Origin: an uncultured archaeon
GTDB lineage: Archaea > Asgardarchaeota > Thorarchaeia > Thorarchaeales > Thorarchaeaceae
Direction of reading: 5' to 3'
NCBI GenBank assembly: GCA_964590575.1
Contig: CAZPWM010000042.1
Coordinates: 1-24,142, forward strand
Length of the DNA stretch: 24,142 nt
Position 1 is the first letter of the stretch. Each line of letters opens with the position of its first letter. This document shows positions 18,327 through 24,142 of this stretch, in pieces. Below the pieces are notes generated by a model. It worked only from the letters and a program-made list of their open reading frames with translations, did no database searches and was not told where the DNA came from. The position numbers were made by a program, and so were the translations under genes.

Positions 18327-19025
18327 TTACCATTCGATAATATCAGGAAGTGTCCTAGCACTTTCAATCGCATTTTGTGCTTCTTTAGGTAAGGGTGGAA
18401 TTCCGTCAAAACCGGTCCGCTCGATGAATTCTCTGGTTATCCGTAGGAGTTCATCAGGTTTGACCTTTCTGAGTTTCTCCAGTTTATCGAAACCCGCGTC
18501 ATGATATAATCGGGCGCGGATTCCCTTGAGCCCTTGAATTCGTGCTAGGTCAGACAGCTTCACAAACTCCTCAATCACCTTGACATCTAGTCCAGTCTTT
18601 TTAGCCAATTCCGTTCTCAGTTTCGGAGTTTTTCCAAGCTCCAACATTTTTGCTGTGTCTTCAACTCCTAGAACTGCTAATGCTGCAGCATGGTCGGATT
18701 GAACATCTCTAAAGTCCTTCAAGTTGAAGGGTTTCCTCTTGACCTTAATACGACCTTGTCTGATTCGATTTGCTGCTTTAACGAGGACTTTGTTTTCAAC
18801 ATAGAGGAAGTAGTAGCTTAATGTCCACATGTATTTGGAAACCCGTTTCTTGTCAAGATAATCAAAAGAGAACATTTCTAGGCTATCAACAGTTGCGTTC
18901 TCTATAGACTGTCCCTGTTGTTTTAGATATTCTTCAAACTCATTTGCATTCTCAATGCAAATTTCTATTGTGTTCTGACTTTTACGTTTGTTTTTCATGA
19001 AGGAGATGAATCCTTTCTCATCCAT
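18327..19025 (-). CDS. DUF4332-like helix-hairpin-helix protein with an N-terminal integrase core-binding (SAM-like) domain
   Basis: C-terminal LSDLARIQGLKGIRARLYHDAG (HhH-like); N-terminal FISFMKNKRKSQNTIEICIENANEFEEYL. Confidence 0.72.
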   Translation of the reverse strand: MDEKGFISFMKNKRKSQNTIEICIENANEFEEYLKQQGQSIENATVDSLEMFSFDYLDKKRVSKYMWTLSYYFLYVENKVLVKAANRIRQGRIKVKRKPFNLKDFRDVQSDHAAALAVLGVEDTAKMLELGKTPKLRTELAKKTGLDVKVIEEFVKLSDLARIQGLKGIRARLYHDAGFDKLEKLRKVKPDELLRITREFIERTGFDGIPPLPKEAQNAIESARTLPDIIEW

Positions 19026-19168
19026 GATACTTCATTCCTCGAAAACAAGATAGAGTGACTTCAGAATAGGTTTCTGGTTTATGCCTATTTCAGCAAATCA
19101 TTTTTCAGAAGAAGAGCGCACCAGAAGAATTACGAGTTTCTCTGTGCAATTAACAGGAGATGAGCCTT

Positions 19169-19696
19169 ATGAGTCATGGGAAATTGATAGTAGAAAATCT
19201 GGTTGAACAATTCGAATCCATATGGAATATGCTTCGTCAATCTATTCAAAATGTACCAGAGGAGAAATGGGCAATGGGCATCAAGTCAATTGATAAACCT
19301 TGGGCAGAAGTAAAAGGACAGAATATCTGGTACTTCTCAGAGAGGGTCTTTCACATCATTCAAACCGTAGAGTTCTACACCAATAACGACCCGAAACGTA
19401 TGAAATGGGGAAATAGAATTGGCGGCATTGATTGGAGAACGGAGAGTCCAGAAGAAACTGCATCGCGGATCAAGAAAGATGACATGGTTGAATACCTTGA
19501 GGATACAAAAGAGAAACTCGAAATGAAACTAAGATTGTTCTCAGGCAATGACCTCTTTGAAACGGATAGATTCTCAGAGTGGCAGCCATCGCGTTTAGCC
19601 AAGTTTCTCTATACTATGCGACATAGTATGTGGCACCTTGGTGAGTTGACTCATGCGTTAAGATATTATGATAGTAAGAGGACAAGTTGGCAATAA
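19169..19696 (+). CDS. DinB/YfiT family protein
   Basis: Helical fold with His triad ERVFHI ... MRHSMWHLG. AGGAG spacing favours ATG 19169 over 19160. Confidence 0.8.
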   Translation: MSHGKLIVENLVEQFESIWNMLRQSIQNVPEEKWAMGIKSIDKPWAEVKGQNIWYFSERVFHIIQTVEFYTNNDPKRMKWGNRIGGIDWRTESPEETASRIKKDDMVEYLEDTKEKLEMKLRLFSGNDLFETDRFSEWQPSRLAKFLYTMRHSMWHLGELTHALRYYDSKRTSWQ

Positions 19697-19740
19697 CAAA
19701 AGTCTGATAATAAAATCATGTTCTTGAAGATTGAATCATT

Positions 19741-20793
19741 ATGAAGAGCTTCGAGGTAGAGAACAAGGCGGTTTTTGTTGCATCATGGATTACATATCTA
19801 TCAACAGCAACAGGTATTCTGAAGGCTATTGGAAAGAATTCAGATCTTGTTGATGTTGCAGGATATACTGGTAATGCGTTTCATCTCAACACATCAAAGG
19901 GCAATACGTGTGCTTCTGCGCCAACGGTAGCACCATATGACACATTTGCAGAGGGTCTGGAGTCATTTGGTTGGAAAGTTGAGCAGAGTTGGGAGAGCCC
20001 AGATTATAATCCAAGCGAGGATGAGAAACAGATAGAGAGAGCAAGGAACTACTTCGATGAGATAAAGAATACACTAACTCAGACGGGTAGACCTATCGGA
20101 ATCTGGGGAGTACCCAATGTTCCAGAATTTGGGATTGTCAATGGTTTTGATGACGAAAAATATGTGGTGAGTACTTTCAGAAGCTTGCCCAGCCTACCAC
20201 TGGATGATGACCCAATCTCCTACCTCAATCTCCATGCTCCAGGGGGACTCTTCAAGATGATATTCAAAGAACCGATTGACATCAAGGAAGAGTCATTACG
20301 CGACAAAGAGGCACTATCGCGGGCTATTGCAATCGCGAACGGTATAGAAAAAATAGATGGATATGTTTCAGGTCCTGAGTCTTTCGATGAGTGGGCATTA
20401 ATACTGGAATCGGGGATTGTTCCTGAGTCAGAGGATGAAACAAAAGAGATGACGGGCATCACGAAGCTCAACTATCATGGCAACTCATACGTTGCTGCTT
20501 GCACGCAAGAAGGCTTAGATCTAGCTGCAGCATTTCTTGAGAGACTTGCTGAACGCCACCAAGGGCAGTCATTTGCTAAGAAGCTAGCGAAAGCATCTGA
20601 GAGCTACAAACAAGCTGCTGTATTCATGAAAGAATACACAGAGCTGTTTCCATTCAGTCTTGACAAGAACTGGAATCCTGATGAATTCCCTGATAAGAAG
20701 AGATACCAAGGTGCAAGATTCCTTCGGAAGGCTAAGCCACACGTTGAATCCGCCATTAAACAGATGGAAGATGCACTCAAAAAATGGAAGTAG
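19741..20793 (+). CDS. Hypothetical protein, possibly BtrH_N/papain-like N-domain plus helical C-domain
   Basis: 350 aa with motifs AGYTGNAF, CASAP and PIGIWGVPNVPEFGIVNGFDD. The fold assignment is inference. Confidence 0.6.
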   Translation: MKSFEVENKAVFVASWITYLSTATGILKAIGKNSDLVDVAGYTGNAFHLNTSKGNTCASAPTVAPYDTFAEGLESFGWKVEQSWESPDYNPSEDEKQIERARNYFDEIKNTLTQTGRPIGIWGVPNVPEFGIVNGFDDEKYVVSTFRSLPSLPLDDDPISYLNLHAPGGLFKMIFKEPIDIKEESLRDKEALSRAIAIANGIEKIDGYVSGPESFDEWALILESGIVPESEDETKEMTGITKLNYHGNSYVAACTQEGLDLAAAFLERLAERHQGQSFAKKLAKASESYKQAAVFMKEYTELFPFSLDKNWNPDEFPDKKRYQGARFLRKAKPHVESAIKQMEDALKKWK

Positions 20794-20798
20794 CGACC

Positions 20799-21221
20799 TC
20801 ACCAAGTGCGTTCGACAGCGTCCATTACTGTTTCACAATAAGGACATACTGCCTTGAGCGGAGCTACCCAATCGACTTCATCAGTACTTATGGCAGCTCC
20901 ACAGGAAGGACAGAAAGAAGGTGCTTGAAAGGACCTTCTGTCATGCTGAGCATCTGAGTATTCGTGTCCCATAGAATCACCTGAATAAGTCACATAATCT
21001 CTATCAGTTCTTCGCGGAAGGAGATATGCCATTCTTCCCTGTTTAGAAATAGCTATACACATTACAATTCCAAACAAACCCATTCCAAAAGGCACCAACG
21101 CAAAGAATAACGGTGCTCCCCATTGCAACGCAGTGATGCCCATCCCAAAGGCTACACTGCACCAGAGAACCATGAAGCAGATACCAACAATATTTCCCAT
21201 TCTAGAACCTTGTAGACTCAT
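20799..21221 (-). CDS. Two-TM membrane protein with a C-terminal zinc ribbon
   Basis: Two TM segments followed by CPSCGA...CPYC. Start uncertain (21236, 21221 or 21200). Confidence 0.75.
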   Translation of the reverse strand: MSLQGSRMGNIVGICFMVLWCSVAFGMGITALQWGAPLFFALVPFGMGLFGIVMCIAISKQGRMAYLLPRRTDRDYVTYSGDSMGHEYSDAQHDRRSFQAPSFCPSCGAAISTDEVDWVAPLKAVCPYCETVMDAVERTW

Positions 21222-21589
21222 CCACGCTTGCCTCAATACGAGGCAGGTTTTGAAAACTAATAGAGTTTGCGTGCAACCTCACTGAAATAGCTCACAGGAG
21301 ATTGCCGCTTAATGGTACAAGTTTTCAAAATAGGGGAATCCTAAGAAGTCAATAGGATTCTATCTTAATCGTTTGATGACCAACCTAACAGAAATCGTAC
21401 CACCAAGAGATTGATTTTCTGCAAAACCATTTCTAAATATCTAATATTTCGGAATAATGAAATACTCATTAGCAATCTGAGATGAGGGTAAGATGGAGTT
21501 AAAGGGATTCAATAAAGCATGCTAATTTCAGAATCATTATCAATAGAGTGCATTTTGAAGCCCGGCTATTCCTAAGGAGAGGAGTGATT

Positions 21590-24142
21590 ATGAAAAAGAC
21601 CACCACATTACTTATTCTCATACTGACATTAAGTATGTTCACTGCAGCCATCCCTAATGTTTTGGATTCTGCTGTAAATATTGAAATTGAAGACCCACTA
21701 ATGACTACTGCAGCTACACCGGGTAGTAATGTGGTCGTTGTCAGAGTTTCTGATGATGCAGCCACAGTGGATACTGATCCAGATACGAACTATGGTAGTG
21801 GAGATCTATTCTCTGGCCGTGATGCGATTGACGATATCGGTCGAACTTGGTTGAAATTCAATTTATCTCACATACCACGGGATGCGCACTTCATAAGAGC
21901 TACAGTTAATCTCTTCATAACTGGTGGTTCAGCATTATTGGACGAACCAATAGGAGTGTATTTTTCTGAGAATGTTACTTGGACAGAGGATACAATTACT
22001 TGGAACACTGAACCAACCTACGACCCTATTCCCCTCGATGTAATAGATGCACCTCCCAGTCCTGATATGTTTGTGTATTGGAAGTGGTATGAATGGGAAA
22101 TAACCCCAACAGTTATTCAATCTTTGAATGAAGATGGGATTCTAACACTATTGATTCGTCAGGTCGACGAAGAATTGCTGACTGTATCGATGAAGGCATT
22201 CTATTCAAGAGAAACCAGCATATCAGGAAGCGAGAATACTATACCTAACATCGCACTAGAATACTCAATACCAAGTACCAGTGGATTGGAGGTTGATGGT
22301 TTCTCGAGTTCCCCTCAGATTGATTATATTAAAAGCGCAAATCCTGAATTAAGTTGGACCTCAACTGACGCAGACCTGAATGATTTCCAGAAGAACTATG
22401 AAGTCGAGGTTTGGGATAGCCCCACCTATGATGGTCTACTCTTAGGGCAAGACAATAACACTGTTTTTTCCGTTGTTCACGATACAGAAGGTGCTGGATC
22501 TTCACCAAGCGGCATATTCAGTAGCTATGATGAGATACGTGAACAGTACAAATGGCCCGCTAGTATGATTTCTGATTCGGGTATCGTCGATAAGTTGTAT
22601 TTCGAAGTTGACCAGGAAACAGGCACAACATATTATGAAGATTTGGCAATCTATATGATCTGCGTTGAGGTTGACAACTTAACAGCCATCTTTGAAGACA
22701 ATTATGATGGTCGAATACCCATTCAAGTTTTGAATCGTTCATCCTACACAGCGAGCATAGAAGACGGATATGTTATTTTCGATATCGAGAACTTGTTCGT
22801 AGTACAATCCAGTATGAATTTGATAATAGAAATACGACACAGCGGTTCATCTGGGACAAATATTGATGGTGAAGTTACAATTGGTGGGGGTTCACTCTGT
22901 ACCACTGGTACGGGTTCCGGTTTGTATGCAAATTTCATGGGTGTAGTTATCGATACTTGGACTCAAGGTCTCAAACTGAAACTCGTGAGTGAGGAGGTTC
23001 TCAGTAATGGAGTTGGATCAAGTGCAATGCCCTTCAATCTAGCTCCTGGATGGTCGTTAAGAGTTCAGCACAAGTATAATCAGAGCTTAATATCAGATGT
23101 TGGAATTATTGATAGATTACTCTTTCCTGCTACTGGATTTGGAGATGTCACCTATTCTAATTTCCAAGTATATCTCGTTGAAACACCAGTTAAGGGGGCG
23201 CTAAGTCATACAGATATGGATAGCAACTATGGAGGGCAAACTCCAACTCTTGTTCTTGATCAATCAGAGTACATCGTAAGGAATTATGGGCGGATGTTGG
23301 TGATAGATGTCAATGATACGTTTTCTTACACCGGTACAAATGACCTATTGATAGAGTTGAGGTATTCAAATACAATCAGTGGGTATCAATTTGTAATAGC
23401 AGAAAGTGATAGGGGTGCCTATCGTGCTTGGAATACCTACATAGACGGTAATGATACAATCGGTCCAGACCTTTACATAGATTTCATTCATGATTCAACA
23501 TCCGTTACATATGCCGGGACACCTCTAGTAAATGGAACAAGATACTATTGGCGAGCCAGGACCTGTGATAGTATGGGTGTCTGGAGTCATTGGGAAACGG
23601 ATACTTTCAAGTATGAAATTCTGACGAGTCTACCGGCCTGGTCCAATTTAGTGGAAACATCTCAGCCAATTGAATTTGGAAATTCTGTGACCGTATCTAT
23701 TGATGTGACTCACACTTCAGGAATGACAGCAGTTGAGATAGAGTATGATGGAGTCAATCATACGATGTCGAATGAAGGGGATACGTTTTATCATATTTGG
23801 ACTCCCAATTCGGTTGGAACTGTTCCGTACACCCTATACATGGAATCACAATCTGGGACGTGGAACACCATATCAGACGGTGTGCTTGTTGTTGACACAA
23901 CGGCACCAGTATGGACATCAGCTCCAACGGATAGAGTGCTATACTATGGAGAATCTCTATCACTTCAACTATCTGCAACAGATCTATCGGGTATTGCTAG
24001 TTGGAGTATTAACGACAATGAGAATTTCGAAATCACAAATGGACTTGTGACAAGCAAAGTTACTCTAGCTCTTGGTGGCTATAACTTGAATGTCACAGTG
24101 ACTGACAACGAAGGTAATAGTCTTACTGCCACTTTCAGGGTG
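21590..24142 (+). CDS. Large secreted/surface protein (partial, runs off the window): signal peptide, DNRLRE/CBM96-like domain, split FN3-like domain, two adhesin-like repeats, Ig-like repeats
   Basis: Not in the ORF track. Frame is open for 851 codons from ATG 21590 (MKKTTTLLILILTLSMFTAAIP), with AGGAGAGGAGTGA RBS-like sequence; motifs DTNYG, RTWLKFNLS, WTEDTITWN, FYSRE, YYWRAR and VDTTAPVW. Confidence 0.9.
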   Translation, partial: MKKTTTLLILILTLSMFTAAIPNVLDSAVNIEIEDPLMTTAATPGSNVVVVRVSDDAATVDTDPDTNYGSGDLFSGRDAIDDIGRTWLKFNLSHIPRDAHFIRATVNLFITGGSALLDEPIGVYFSENVTWTEDTITWNTEPTYDPIPLDVIDAPPSPDMFVYWKWYEWEITPTVIQSLNEDGILTLLIRQVDEELLTVSMKAFYSRETSISGSENTIPNIALEYSIPSTSGLEVDGFSSSPQIDYIKSANPELSWTSTDADLNDFQKNYEVEVWDSPTYDGLLLGQDNNTVFSVVHDTEGAGSSPSGIFSSYDEIREQYKWPASMISDSGIVDKLYFEVDQETGTTYYEDLAIYMICVEVDNLTAIFEDNYDGRIPIQVLNRSSYTASIEDGYVIFDIENLFVVQSSMNLIIEIRHSGSSGTNIDGEVTIGGGSLCTTGTGSGLYANFMGVVIDTWTQGLKLKLVSEEVLSNGVGSSAMPFNLAPGWSLRVQHKYNQSLISDVGIIDRLLFPATGFGDVTYSNFQVYLVETPVKGALSHTDMDSNYGGQTPTLVLDQSEYIVRNYGRMLVIDVNDTFSYTGTNDLLIELRYSNTISGYQFVIAESDRGAYRAWNTYIDGNDTIGPDLYIDFIHDSTSVTYAGTPLVNGTRYYWRARTCDSMGVWSHWETDTFKYEILTSLPAWSNLVETSQPIEFGNSVTVSIDVTHTSGMTAVEIEYDGVNHTMSNEGDTFYHIWTPNSVGTVPYTLYMESQSGTWNTISDGVLVVDTTAPVWTSAPTDRVLYYGESLSLQLSATDLSGIASWSINDNENFEITNGLVTSKVTLALGGYNLNVTVTDNEGNSLTATFRV

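Noticed and set aside
373-24050. Many short antisense or alternate-frame ORFs in the track (e.g. 14409-14861, 9327-9716, 17766-18002, 23745-24050)
   Set aside because: They overlap well-supported genes or remnants and have no recognisable motifs
1-24142. CRISPR array, tRNA/rRNA, IS element or defence island
   Set aside because: No regularly spaced repeats, cloverleaf, transposase, nuclease or catalytic integrase motifs were recognised

Overview
Archaeal chromosomal window, most likely from an Asgard archaeon (Thorarchaeia-like). This is inferred from two Rab/Arf-like small GTPases, a PCI-like winged-helix membrane protein, archaeal TATA-type promoters and a large DNRLRE/Ig surface protein. 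It is a dense run of about 25 mostly membrane, transport and detoxification genes: MFS, SAM methyltransferase, RidA, two ICMT/PEMT-family methyltransferases, EamA, CorA, TauE, SDR, GNAT, CopA, DUF4332 and DinB. No rRNA, tRNA, CRISPR array or transposase was seen. Two coding regions are missing from the ORF track: a >851-codon secreted surface protein running off the right edge (21590->24142) and a start-less TSP3-repeat/membrane-anchor gene remnant (17525-17779, minus). The most notable observations are: a 10-TM protein built from five tandem hairpin repeats with a structured 5' leader; an FN3-like domain split by a ~340-aa two-domain insertion; a CopA with two C-terminal YHS/TRASH domains and a nested palindromic operator; and a translationally coupled ICMT-like plus Cys-cluster membrane protein operon. 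None of these is shown to be a new system, and all family assignments come from motif recognition rather than database searches.
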